The notes under the pieces were generated by a model. That model had not been told where the DNA came from, did no database searches, and saw nothing but the letters and a program-made list of their open reading frames with translations. From Paragordius varius (Eukaryota; Animalia; Nematomorpha): DNA of 64,000 nt. Shown here in pieces: positions 10,339 to 24,226 of this stretch; position 1 is the stretch's first letter, and each line of letters starts with the position of its first letter. The stretch covers positions 930,001 to 994,000 of the forward strand of contig OZ176053.1 in the NCBI GenBank assembly GCA_964247055.1. The letters run 5' to 3'. Made by a program: the position numbers and the translations under genes.

Positions 10339-13225
10339 CGTAAATCATACGGACAAAACGTAAAATGTAAAAGACAAATGTTTTTTTTAAACAAAACAAC
10401 CTCACTGTTTTAATCCTTGTTTTTCTACATAACCTAATTGATGATAATTGTAAAATTTACATCTTGCCGCCCAAAAAAGTTTTTTTTTATAAAATATGGT
10501 TTAAAAAAGTATGGATGTTTTTATAAAAAATTATCTTTAAAATTTCGATTAATCGAAAAATAGCGAACCAAGATAATAAATATGGTTTTTAAATCATGTA
10601 ATAATTCTGTAATTTTTTACAAGTTTTGCTAATTATTTGCAAAACACTGCACAAAAAAACTAATATATAAGACACATCAGACATTTATGGTTCTACACAA
10701 TTTCTAAAATTTATTCGGTATTTTTAAAAATCTACTGTTTTTGGTAATTTTAAATTTTTTCATAAGCATTTAACAAAGTTGAAGCGTTGAAAGTTGGATG
10801 AAAGTTAAATAATTACATAATATCTTGAAAAAAAAATCATTTCCTAAAATATGACAAGGTGTATCTCACGGTGACAGGAAATTGACTGTAAAGTCTTTTA
10901 ACCTAAATATATAGCATATATTAATATTAAATATTCAGTTTTTATTAATTTTTTGTTATATATAAGAAAATAATTTACTCCAATTTTAAGTGGTTTCGTT
11001 AAAAGATTAGCGGTTACAGAAAACATATCATTCCCGTAAGCATAAATAACTTCACCCTTGAAACCGGGTTGAATAGGTTTCCCATCAAACTCAATATCTA
11101 CATAAATGATAAAATAAATACAGTAAAAATTGAAATTATAATATGGACAAAATGTAACAATATAAAGACAAATATTTTTTTTCTAAAAGACAACCATACT
11201 TTTTAATACCTTAATTTTTTATTTAAAATATATAATTACCACTGTAAAATATATAATTAAACCAAAATACATCTCAAATCAAATTTAAACCATAATATAA
11301 ATTTAAAAAAACAAGTCCTTGAAAAATATATTTGTTTTATAATTTTTGCGTTTTGTTTGTATATTCCTATTTTTACTGTATTTGTGGCAAATTTAGATAA
11401 TCATTTAAAGCACATTAAGGTTCTTTAAGTTTTTTATTATTTTATTTTAATCGAATGTTAGTTTAGCATATCTTATATTTTTGAACAGTAAATAGAGATA
11501 TTTTTAAAATTTGCCTTAACACTTTGCGACAATTTTCCGGCTTAGAGTGAATTTAAATATAAATATATCAAAAGTATACCTATTTTTTAATTTAATTTTT
11601 TTCTAAATTCGAGGTAAAGAAGTATGGCCGCTCTTACTCGTTATGATTTGTCTTTTTACCTTTAATTTTTACTGTAAATTATAGCTTGTCAGCTGTTTAT
11701 AGCAGAGATGGTCAAAACAATTGGCTTTGATGGGCCGCATTTTTTGATTATATCTGGGCATTTATTATAAATTTTATTGAATTTCAAACATAAAAGTATA
11801 GGAAAAACAAAATTTTTATAGTTAGTTGCTGATTGGAAAAACATATTTAGATTTTGTAAAAAAAATTTTTTTTTACTAATTACGATATTTTTGTTAAACA
11901 TCCTATTTGCAATACCCTTATCCTTACAAGTTTAAACTTGAACAAGTCAACAATTAAGATTAAATTTAATCAATTATATAAATAATATATTTATCATATC
12001 ATATACGGGGATAGTATTTGGGAATTTCTCCAAAGCTATCTTGATGTTTTTCAGCAGGAGCATGCCACGATATAAAGGAATCTCCAGGTTTAAGTTCTGC
12101 CAATATTTTGACCACTTCTAAAAATACATTATAAAAATTGAGATATTATACAGACAAAACGTAAAAACTAAAAGGCAACCACAGTTGTCAAACCTTGATT
12201 CTATTAAATATAACTCAAATAGATAGAAATGTCTCTCATTTGTACATGTGAGAAAGATCAAAATTCACAAAAGTATGATTGCCTTTTGTTTTTTAAAAAA
12301 ATATGGTTTTTTTAGATTTTAAATTTATATGTGTCTAATTTCAATTTTTACTGTAAAATAGTATACAGTCACAAATCGGGATATACGCCGTAAAGCCAAT
12401 TAAAAAGTAATTTACAAATTTAAAGATGAGAAACACCCTAATTCCATGTCTTATTGGGCAGGGAAGGTTAAAGTTTTCATTCTTCTAGTAAAGCAATTTA
12501 AGTCTAAACAAAAGAGTCAAAAATCAAAATTTTTTATAAATTTATTTATAAAAACAAGGTATGAAAACGTGAAAAAAATGTTTCTACTATATAAGACCAT
12601 ATTATTATTAAATTTTGATTTTTTTCAACAGATTTTTAAAATATAACCTTTTCTTTAATGGTACTAACTAATGAAAAAACATGTGGAATGGTAACAAACT
12701 CAATTTAAAAATTCACGTCTGTAATCTTATAGGTTGTGGTTATAATGAACAAGGTATCTATCTATCTTAAAAGAAATTTTTGCTTTTCTTTTTTATAAGG
12801 CATACTTGTGTCTGATTTCTCTAAAACAAGCTCTTCCGTAACTTGAACTTTTTGACAAGTGTCGTTTTTTCCCCCACAAACACCACACCCATCTACTACC
12901 AATTCCGAAAATAATTGGTCATCGCATCCAATACTCTAAAACATATTTTTAGTATATCACAAGTAAAAGACAAAAATTATACAGACAATATGCAAAATAT
13001 ATATTTTTTGAATTCCAACCTTGATTTTTTTCTTCTAAATTACAGTAAGAATCGAAATTATATGGACAAAAGGTAAAAACATTAAGACAAATCTTTTTTC
13101 AGACGACAATAACCAAACTTTTTTAACCTTGTTTTTTTTTATTTAAATTTTTTAATTACAATAATATGTAATTGATTGTGTTGGCAATTTACATTCTATA
13201 TCCTACTATTTGGACTACTCATATA

Positions 13226-13614
13226 AGGTATCTAGGGACCCCAGACATATTTAAGTTAATATTTCAAAATTTACTGAAAGATACGGTTCTAATTTAAATT
13301 TATACGTCTATCCTAATATAAATTATATAAAAACACCAAAATATTTAAAAAATTTAGTTTTAAATAGAGTTCCATATCAAACTACTTCAGCACCATTTTT
13401 ATTTTATAACACTTTGCAGAATATCGTGTAAAATAAGTAATATCACGTTTTTTTTAATTGAATCGTTTTATATATTTAGAAGCCTTCATCTTATATAAGT
13501 GCAAACTTTTGCAATTTTTTAAATTTGCTCCATATTAGAAATATTTGCTTTTAAACAGACCTGGGTCCCCCAATTCGAATCGGATGACTGAAATGAATCT
13601 GTTGTATCCAAGTG
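13226..13614 (-). mobile_element. Truncated piggyBac-like non-autonomous element (also 34400-34792)
   Basis: Terminus TTAA-CACTTGGATACAAC matches the element at 20540, and the inner GGGGT..TAGATACC motif is present at the other end. Confidence 0.55.
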
Positions 13615-14114
13615 TTAAATAATGAGTTTTATAAAAAAACATCAAGTGTTTAAAAAGTATAGCAGCAGTCTTTTAAATAAAATATTTGTCTTTATGGTTT
13701 TACGTTTCGTCTGTATAAAATTCCAATTTTTAATTTTGCGTAAATTTTAATACACTAAATTTTATACAATTGGCTGGCCATTTAAACAAATATATCGTCG
13801 ATTATTTTCCTGCAAAAAGGTCCCATCCGAAGCCATTCTTTCGTACAAAACTTCATTTTGATAATTTTCACAGTAAACCATACATTGTGTCGAACCTAAA
13901 AAGTGTATAAATTAATGGTTTATATTATATGATAAAAAAATGTTTTGAGACAACAATATAAAACTATATATATTTTGAGTGATGTTTCAAATAAAATGTC
14001 TTTAAACTAAGGAGAATTCTAACAACAAACACACGTAAAAATAGGTTCCCATTGTTAGTTATTTCATACATTAAAAAAGACATCGTTTAAATGAACTTTA
14101 AATATCATTTAAAG

Positions 14115-14485
14115 CAGGGGTGTTCAACACAAATGGCTTGAAGAGCCAGCCACCTTTTCGACTTTAAAATTCCAAAGAGCCACTTTTTATTTATATATAT
14201 CCAGACATAGGTAACTAATAAATTTATTATATTAACATATAGATGTGCTAATTTTCATATAAAAAAGAAAATAAACAGTATAAATATAATAATGTTTACT
14301 AATTAAATTATATCAATGTGTAAAAAATAAAAATACATGGATATGGTAAACTTATTTCAATTCGATAAGATGACTAGAGTAGACTGTGGCGAATTTAATT
14401 GCCAAAATGTAACCTTTTTTTATTTAATAAAAATAAAAGAAATAAATATTTTTCATTGCATAATTAAATTTTTAATGGGATATTT
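14115..14485. mobile_element. Remnant terminus of the hAT element (rest deleted in copy 1)
   Basis: ATTTAAAG + CAGGGGTGTTCAAC, identical to 35285-35306. Confidence 0.85.
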
Positions 14486-17400
14486 TTTTTTGAAAAAACT
14501 AGAATTAAAAAACATATAATTGATGTCATATTTGATAAAAAGTTGAAAAAGTAGAGCGCTTTTTTGAAAAAATATTTGTCTTTATAATTTTATGTTATGT
14601 CGTATAATTTCATTTTTATAATATACATTTACCAATATAATTACTATTGATATAAAAATGTTACATTTAATACTAATACGCTGAGACAAAAATATTAGAT
14701 TAAAATTATTTAAAATAAATATAATTTTGCAAAATATTAGGTCTATAGTAATATAAAGGTTTAGTAATTTACTCTGCTATACAATTCCTCGTTCTCTCAG
14801 TAATGCCATATTGAGTGTCGCCTTTGCAAGGGGTCCATTCACTCCAATTATCCCAACTAGATTTTAGGTTTCTCAATTGTTTAAGAGTCATACATTTCCC
14901 CTTGACGCAAACCTATTCAAAAAAATAATGTTAAAATTAAAGAAGACAGAAAATTTATTTTCGAAATGACAAACCATGCTTTTTTTCAACTTTGATTTTA
15001 CGTAAATAAACTATTTAATTAGATTAAACTATTATGAAACACAAAATGCAGGATATTTAAGTTTAATAATATGATTTTCTTTGAGAAAAAAAATTGTCTT
15101 AGTTAAAATTAAGGATGACAGTAAAATTTATTTTCGAAATGAGAAACCATACTTTTTTCAACCTTGATTTTACGTAAATAAACTATTTAATTGGATTAAA
15201 CCATTTTGAAACACAAAATGCAGGATATTTAAGTTTAATAATATGATTTTCTTTGAGAAAAAAAATTGTCTTAAGTTTTCATTGTGCAATATAAGAGTTG
15301 ACATGTCGTCTAAATCAGTAAAATTATATGTCACATAAAATGATATTTTAACATGTTTTACACAAAAAAAATAAAAATTAACACACACTTTTCAATATTG
15401 ATTTTCTAAATTATATGGATATGATTGATTCTTTCTTAGTATGCTTGCCATAAAAATTGGCTCATGTTATATATAAATAGTTGAAACTATGCTTTTTGGT
15501 AATATTACATTTTCAAAACATTATTATGCATTTTTGTAAAAAATATAGACATGTCTTAATTCCAATAGAATTCGTTTTTAATAAGCAATTTTAACAAGGT
15601 CAATTTATACATAATTATATAATCGCAACGTAAAAAGACCAATTTACATCTCTACTTCATACTTTGCAATTTAAAAGAGTTATATTTAAAAAAATCAAGT
15701 TAGATTTTAAAAAAATGCTTACCATATTGATTTTACATTTGTCAGTTTTCTTTTTGTTTCATGTTTTGTCCGTATAATGGCGAGTTTTTATATAAAATCT
15801 ATTTATAAGCCTTACAAATGTCCAAACTCATGTGGTATGGTTATAGCGGTATTGAATCTATTGACATGTATGATGGTACAACTCTCCGTTTACATTCTTT
15901 CAAGATCTGCAACGCCTTAAAATGTTTTTATATATATAAATTGATAATATGATATGAAAGTTTTATAATAATTAAATGAAAACAATTGTAGAAAATAAAA
16001 TATATTTATTCATAAGCGATATTAACCAAAAATATATAATCATTATAACAAGAGCATTTAAAAAATATATTTTTTAAAAAAAATTAAAGATTAAAGAACC
16101 ATTCTGCTAAAATTCAGGAATTGTCCAGGAATGCTGCTAGACGCCTTTTTTGAATTTATGTATGTGTGAATACCATCAGGCATAAAAAATACAACTTTAA
16201 GTGGGCGAGAATTTCTTTCGATATCTTTAATATAAATGTTATCCCATCTATCTTAATTTATTCCGTCACACTTAAAACCTTTGTATATTTTATACAAATA
16301 AGAATTAAAGATAATATAATGCTACGCTTTTATATTATCAACAAGTCATCTTTTTGTCGAATTGGTTAGTATATATCCATAATGAAAAAATATTACTTAC
16401 ATACATTGCGATGTCTTTTTTCGTAAATAAATAATTAAATACAAAATATTGCAATTTAGTGATAGTGTTTTAGCGAGTTAATATACAACATATATTACGA
16501 TATTTTAATATATTTAGTATAGTTACTATCTATATTCATCTAGTGAAACTAACTCAATTTTAAATTGAAAAAGGCTGAGTCTCCGCCTTATAAAAAAATG
16601 AACCAAATTCCTAACCTTAGCCCATAAAGTCAAAAGCCTTAAATATTTGCCAGGGTATCATGATGTACTTTTTATATAAATATGATATATTGGGTAGATG
16701 TGCGTATATAAGTCTATAAAATAAAATTTTTACCGCATCTTAAAAAGTTTTCAATTTAATGCCATAACATATGATTACCCTAAACATATATCTTAATTGA
16801 TAAATTTAAGTAATGTGTTGATTTATTATAAGTTTAAACTTAAGGAGATATTTAGTTGGGATAATTTTTCGGAATTTTAAATTTAAACCTTCCATTAAAA
16901 ACGTTTGGACTAATCGATTTTCTAGACAATACATAAAAGTAACTGAAAAGACAGTTCCAATTCAAATTGCTTTTATATTCAAAAGTATTTATAAATAGCC
17001 AAAAAAGATTATACTAAAGTATTTCGACGCCAATTTTATTTATGTTTTTTGCGAAATATCATGATTTGATTTTAACGCTAAATTTAAAGTTTATTTTTTA
17101 TCAAAAAGATACAAACATTATCAATAGTGATTTTTGGATTATTTTAATTAGCTAATGCACACATGTCATGATAGCCAAAAATTTTTCTTGAGGTTTATAC
17201 ATTAAATAGGCAGTATCAAGATATTAAATAAATCTTTTTTTATATTTTGCTTAATAGTTATAATGTAAACCCTTCCACTGGTTTTGATTTTGTTCCATAT
17301 TTAAAAAATATTAGATTTTAAACTGCCACTACTACTTCCTAATTTAATATATGATTGAAATTAATGTATTGTATCCAAGGGTTATATTATTAAAATATGT

Positions 17401-17785
17401 CATTTAATAAATTTTCAAATTAACAAAGTGGTGATAAGCAGTATTTTGAAAACATAAATGGTCTACTTTGGAATAAACATCCTTAAAATAATTTGCAAAT
17501 AAATACATTAAAAAAATTTAATTAAATCTCAGCATTAATATAAAGCAGAAATATCAGATAACTGAATGCCATTAATTTTTAGACTTTTACAAAATTTTAA
17601 TAAACTTCATAAAAATATTTAAATCCTAACCTATTTTTTTAATATTCAAGATTGGATAATAACATCTATCTAGAAATATTTAATGCCTAATATTAGTCTC
17701 ATCACATAAGAATAATATTAAATATATTTAGTAGAGCCAAATTATTTTTTATAAATACAAGGCCTAATATTTTTATAAATTTATA

Positions 17786-17900
17786 ACCGGAAGTGCGTGG
17801 GTCTCGGCCTGCTTCGCAGCCCGAGGAAGTCCTGCGGACTTCTTTAAGGGAATGAACCAACTCCAATCCCTCACCCTAGCCCACACACTCGAAAACCTTA
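17786..17900 (-). repeat. Second copy of the twin-hairpin short element
   Basis: Reverse complement of 6310-6415. The ~50-bp GC-rich core is identical. Confidence 0.75.
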
Positions 17901-19019
17901 AAATATATCCTTTAAAATCTGATTAAATAATTAACATTTTTCACTTAAACTATTTGGTTATCTTTGCTCTTTAAAAAAGATATCTTACAGCTTTCTAAAA
18001 ACTGGAACCGATATAAATCACTATTTTTTCAAAACAAGCAATAAGTATTAATGAGAAGATTTAATTTTTATTATAAATTGTTTATTGCGCGTGGCAAATC
18101 TCCGTTACATGATATTTAAACAATTTCTACTATTTATTAGGACGGTTTCAACGAAAATGTTGCTTTTGAGTCTCGAGAATATTTTATAGATAATGCATTA
18201 GATTTTAATTATTTTCACAATTGAAAATAAATTAATTTATGGTAGGAAAACAAACCTGATATATATGTATTGCTCTATGCCAAAAGTATAAAATTAGTGT
18301 TTAATTAATGTTCTCTCTTCAAAAAGATCCAACCAAGTCTTATCTCTTACCTTAACCCTTAGCCCTAAACAAGAGAGAGCCTACTCTAAACCTAATTTAT
18401 TTCAGTTCGTTTTAAAACAACCTAAGCAAAACAAATTATATATGAATGATTTCCATTTAAAATTTAATATTTATTAGAATGGACGGATTGAGATACATTT
18501 AATAAGCAGCTTTAAATAATTTTCACCTCCATATACATATATAATTATTATGTGTGATTGATCTTAATTTGTATTGGAAAAGGCTTGCATTTTATTTTTA
18601 GATAATAAATGAATAGTTATGATTTTAGCATTTAATATAGATTATAAGATTGCTGGACTATTATCTTTTAAAATTTTATTAATAAGTAATTTGATTATTA
18701 ATAATTTTATTGAATAATTATATTTAGCATTTATATATACAATTCAAAGCTTTGAATCAAGAAAAAGATTAACCTGAAAATTGTACCTTAAATATATAAA
18801 CCTCATCTATAAAATATTTTGGACAATTAATAAATATTAACATAAATTTGAATGAAAAAATCACTTATATTACCTATATCATTAACTTGATTTGTAATTT
18901 TTAGATTAATTTTAATTATAAGTATCATAATTTTATTTATATATTTTTTAAATAATTTATTTTTAGATATGCCATATTTTTTTAACATATAATTTTCTGC
19001 GAATTAACTTTTAATCTTT

Positions 19020-19290
19020 ATAGGCGCCAGCTAGTAATACAATGTTGTAATAAAATATATTCTTATATAATGTTATATATGCACATGAGAACAAAAAGGA
19101 AAACATTATGTGTGCGATCGAGCTAGGCGCCCAAACAAACAAGCGAATAATAAGAGAAGAGAGGGAAAAGCAATAACAAACAAACAGAAGGATTTTTCTC
19201 GAAGGGGAGAAAAGGCGCAAATGCGCACTTTATTTTGATTGGTGGAGAGGGAACGCACGTGTTCCCACTCCTATATATACAACGAAAAAT
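19020..19290. promoter_or_regulatory. Promoter-like GC-richer island (inverted CCAAT, TATATATA, two hairpins)
   Basis: ATTGGT at ~19238, CTATATATAC at ~19270, hairpins GCGCA-AA-TGCGC and GGGAAC-N7-GTTCCC. No recognised downstream gene. Confidence 0.3.
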
Positions 19291-20319
19291 TTAATAATTT
19301 TCATTTTTTATTTTTTTTAAAAATATTTTTTGGATACTTTGTGCGTGCATGCATGTTTCCTTTCCATGTCTTGTTCCGGTTACCATTTTGTTAACATGAT
19401 GTATCTGTTAATCAATCTCAACATCAACAAATCAAGTAAATTATTATATTTTAATTTAAAAGGAATTGTTAATTGTCAAAACAAGAGAATGTCCAAGCAA
19501 AACCTGGAAACAATCATTTCTTATGGTAAAAATCTCACAAATTAAAACAAACCACACATTGTATTGGAATGCTATGGTTATGAATGCTAAAACGAAATGG
19601 GAAATAGCTTAATACAATGCTTCTCCTATGATTTATGTAAGTTTTGCATGTTTTGAATATACTTTGTGATTAAAATAACACTCTACTTTTGGTAATAAAA
19701 TACTGGTAGATACGTTTTACATTAAAAACAACTAGTAGTTATTGCATTAATTTATTTTTGACTTTTTTTTGCTATTTTCTATCTGTTTTCGTTAATTTTA
19801 TGCGGCCAATTTAAACAAAACCTACCATCTCTATGTGTGTTGTAAATGTACTTTATATTATATGTTGTTTGAAGAAACGAAGAAATAAATTGAATAATAT
19901 ATATTTAATTATATATTGTTAACAAAGTATGTGTAGTCACTCTATTAAATTACTATAATTTTAAATAATTATTTTTTATTTGGGAGGTGTAGTACTTGTT
20001 ATTCCCTCTCAAATTCAACCGATTTTCTGCAATTCAAAACAAAACGCATCTATATATCTAATAAATCACAGCAATTTGCAATTTTGGTGGATGGTTTTTC
20101 ATTACATTCTTTGACAATTAACTGAATATCTCAAATTCTTATTTTTTTAAAAATAATTTTTATAAGAAAGCTAAAATCGTAAAAGGCGTAAGAAATGTAT
20201 CCGAAATTTTTTTAAACCAAAAACTGTTGAAATATCACTATATTAAAATATTTTTTAAAAAACGCTTTTTTATCAAAAAATCATTTAAATTAAGGTTTGG
20301 TTTTTAATTTAAAAATTGA

Positions 20320-23300
20320 CTAAAAATGCGCCTTTTTTTAAAAAATCTCCTAAAAATGCGTTTTCCTTTTAAAAAATCACGTAAAAATGTGCTTTTGCCT
20401 ATTTAAAAAATCATAAAAAGCGCTCTCTTATGAAAAAATATCCTAAAAATGCGTTATTCGCTAAAAATAAGCTTTTTTATTAAAAAATCCTAAATATGCG
20501 GATTCTTTAAAAAAATCTCCTAAAAGGTTGCTTTTTTAACACTTGGATACAACACACTCATTTTAGTCCTTCGATTCAAATTGGGGTAGTTAGATACCCC
20601 AGGCCTGTTTAAAATCAAATACTTTAAAAATTATGGAAGGACTCGAAACCATGGCAAAATTTTGCATTTATATAACATTAATAAACCGAAATATATAAAA
20701 AAATTTCTTCAAAAATACTTGATATTACTTATTTTGAGCTAAAACCGAAAGGTAAAAATATCGTCAACGTGACATGTGTCAAATTTTAAAATTAAAAAAA
20801 TAATACAAAATAAACCGCTTTTTCTATTTCTATCAATGTTAGATGTAATTTATATAAAAAATAGCTTTAGTTTTACCCTTAAAATTAAATGAAGACGATA
20901 TTTTGCAAAAAATTTGGAAAATAAAAATGGCGTCGAAGTAGTTTGAGATGGAACTTTTTTTTCAAAACAAAATTTTATCAAGATATTTTGGCATATTTAT
21001 ATAATATTTATCAGGATAGAAGCATAAATTTAAATTGGGACCGTTTCCTTCCGTAGTTTTTTAAAAATTTTAATTTAAATCTAGTCTGGGGTATTTAGAT
21101 ACCCCAATTTGAATCGAAGTGTTAATCAAACAATTATTGAAAATCAGCATTTTTAATAAATCACTAAAAATCGGTTATTTTTGTTTAAATTTCGCTAAAA
21201 ATAAGTTTTCCTTTATTAAAAAATTCCCTAAAAGTACTTCTGCTCATTAAAAAACTTCCAAAAATGTGCTTTCTAATTCAAAAAGTCACTAAAAATCCGT
21301 CATTTTTATTAAAAATTCGTTAAAAATAAGTTTTTATTTTCAAAATGCGGATTCATTTAAAAAATTTCATAAAAACGTGCTTTTTTAATCCAAAAATAAA
21401 AATCGGCCTTTTCACTAAAAATAAACTTTTTTTAAAAAAATCCTAAAAATAAGCTTTTTTTTATTAAAAAATCCTAAAAATGCGGATTATTTTAAAAAAT
21501 CTCTTAAAACGGTGCTTTTTTAATTCAATTATTAAAAATCAGCCTTTCAATAAATCACTAAAAATCGATTTTTGTTTAAAATTCGCTAAAAATAAGTTTT
21601 CTTTTATTATAAAATTCTCAAAACTTATAAAAAATCTCCTAATAACGTGCTTTTTTAATCAAAAAGTCACTAAAAATCGGCCTTTTTACAAAAATAAGCT
21701 TTTTTTAAAAAAATCCTAAAAATAAGCTTTTTTTTATTAAAAAGTCTCCTAATATGCCTTTTTTTGGGATTAAAAAATCTCCTAAATAATCTCGTAAAGC
21801 GCTTTCCTTTAAAAAAATCTCCTAAAAATGTGCTTTTTTTTATTGAAAAATATCCTCAAAAGTTAATCAAAAATTATCTAAAAATCGGTCATTATTATTT
21901 AAAATTCACTAAAGCTTTCTTTTTAAAAAAATTTCATGTAAATGCGCTTTCTTTTTCAAAAATCTCCTAAAAATGTGCTTTTTTATTGAAAAATATCCTA
22001 AAAAGTTTAAAATTATCTAAAAATCGGTCATTTTTGTTTAAAATTGACTAAAAATAAGCTTTCTTTTAAAAAAATATCCTAAAAATGTGCTTTTTTTATT
22101 GAAAAATATCCTAAAAAGTTAATTAAAAATTATCTAAAAATTGGTCATTTTTATTTAAAATTCACTAAAAATAAACTTTCTTTTTAAAAAATCTCCTAAA
22201 AATGCGCTTTCTTTTTTAAAAATATCCTCAAAAAGCGCTTTTTTATTGGAAAATATCCTAAACACTTAATCAAAAATTATCTAAAAATGCGCTCTCTTTT
22301 TAACAAATCTCCTAAAAATGCGCTTTCTTTTTATAAAATCTCCTAAAAATGTGTTTTTTTTTATTAAAAAATATTTTAAAAAGTTAATTAAAAATTATCT
22401 AAAAATTGGTCATTTTTATTTAAAATTCACTAAAATAAACTTTCATTTTAAAAAATCTCCTAAAAATGCGCTTTCTTTTTTTAAAATATCCTCAAAAAGC
22501 GCTTTTTTATTGGAAAATATCCTAAACACTTAATCAAAAATTATCTAAAAATGCGCTCTCTTTTTAAAAAATCTCCTAAAAATGCGCTTTCTTTTAAAAA
22601 AATCTTGTAAAAATGCGCTTTCTTTTTAAAAAATATCGTAAAAATGCGCTTTTAAAAATCTCCTAAAAATGTGCTTTTTTTATTGAAAAATATCCTAAAA
22701 AGTTTAAAATTATCTAAAAATCGGTCATTTTTGTTTAAAATTGAGTAAAAATAAGCTTTCTTTTAAAAAAATATCCTAAAAATGTGCTTTTTTTATTGAA
22801 AAATATCCTAAAAAGTTAATTAAAAATTATCTAAAAATTGGTCATTTTTATTTAAAATTCACTAAAAATAAACTTTCTTTTTAAAAAATCTCCTAAAAAT
22901 GCGCTTTCTTTTTTAAAAATATCCTCAAAAAGCGCTTTTTTATTGGAAAATATCCTAAACACTTAATCAAAAATTATCTAAAAATGCGCTCTCTTTTTAA
23001 AAAATCTCCTAAAAATGCGCTTTCTTTTAAAAAAATCATGTCAAAATGCGCTTTCTTTTAAAAAAATCTTGTCAAAATGCGCTTTCTTTTTAAAAAATAT
23101 CGTAAAAATGCGCTTTTAAAAATCTCCTAAAAATGTGCTTTTTTTATTGAAAAATATCCTAAAAAGTTAATCAAAAATTATCTAAAAATCGGTCATTTTT
23201 ATTTAAAATTCACTAAAATAAACTTTCATTTTAAAAAATCTCCTAAAAATGCGCTTTCTTTTTTAAAAATATCCTCAAAAAGCGCTTTTTTATTGGAAAA

Positions 23301-23705
23301 TATCCTAAACACTTAATCAAAAATTATCTAAAAATGCGCTCTCTTTTTAAAAAATCTCCTAAAAATGCGCTTTCTTTTAAAAAAATCTTGTAAAAATGCG
23401 CTTTCTTTTTAAAAAATATCGTAAAAATGCGCTTTTAAAAATCTCCTAAAAATGTGCTTTTTTTATTGAAAAATATCCTAAAAAGTTAATCAAAAATTAT
23501 CTAAAAATCGGTCATTTTTATTTAAATTTCACTAAAAATGCGCTCTCTTTTTAAAAAATATCCTCAAAAAGCGATTTTTTTATTGAAAAATATCCTAAAA
23601 ACTTAATCAAAAATTGCCTAAAAATGCGCTCTCTTTTTAAAAAATCTCCTAAAAATGCGCTTTCTTTTTAAACAAAATCTCCTAAAAATGCGCTTTCTTT
23701 TTAAA
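20320..23705. repeat. Second satellite array of the same family, degenerate on the left and more homogeneous on the right
   Basis: AAAAATGCGCTTTC / AAAAATCTCCT monomers organised in several-hundred-bp higher-order blocks. Confidence 0.95.
20540..21121. mobile_element. piggyBac-like MITE inserted in the satellite
   Basis: TTAA at 20536-39 and 21122-25. Ends CACTT...TTCGATTCAAATTGGGGTA..ATACCCCAG are inverted. Rejoining the flanks restores a satellite unit like that at ~21510. Confidence 0.8.
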
Positions 23706-24226
23706 AAGTCACCGAAAATTTCGGTTTAACAAAACTCTTCTTTATTTTAATTCATTTGTTTTTTATTAATCACTTGTTTTTTAATCAGCTGTCTTTATAG
23801 CTGTTCTAATCAGCTGTCTTTATCTAATCATCTAATCAGCTGTCTTTATCTAATCATCTAATCAGCTGTTTGTATTTATTTGTTTTTATTTCAGTTGTTT
23901 TTATTTTATAAATCAGATGTTATTTAAGTTTTTATTTTATAAATTATTTTTATTAAACAGTAGTTCTAATCAGTGTTTTTAATCAGCTGAATCATTGGTT
24001 TTTTATTTATCAACTGTTTGTATTTAACAGTTGGATGTATTTAATCAGTTTTTTTAGATCATTTTTTTTATAAAGATGTGTTTTTTATTTTATTAGTTGT
24101 TTTTATTAATCAGTTGTTTTTATTATGTATTTGCTTTGTCAGTTGTTTTTGTTATTTATTTGCTTTGTCAGTTGTTTTTCATTATAAAGCAGTTGATTTT
24201 CCTTACAAGAGTTGATTGAATATTTA

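Larger units (their letters stand above)
3365..15050 (+). repeat. Segmental duplication, copy 1 (unique-sequence part)
   Basis: Colinear, highly similar match to 23700-39160, e.g. GPCR ORFs 9100/30268 and the junction AAAAGT(G/C)ACCGAAAATTTCGG after both satellites. Confidence 0.95.
10837..15915 (-). pseudogene. ADAMTS-like pseudogene (copy 1)
   Basis: Retains exon 17 (10837-10902), 16 (10979-11097), 15 (12007-12117), 14, 13 (~13766-13893), 10 (~14771-14910), the start of exon 9 (~15275-15310) and a divergent exon 6 (15816-15915, HEFGH, in-frame TAA). Exons 11-12 are deleted; exons 1-5 and 7 and most of exon 8 were not found. Confidence 0.85.

Noticed and set aside
21480-22533. K/F/N-rich ORFs in the track
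   Set aside because: Chance open frames in satellite DNA.
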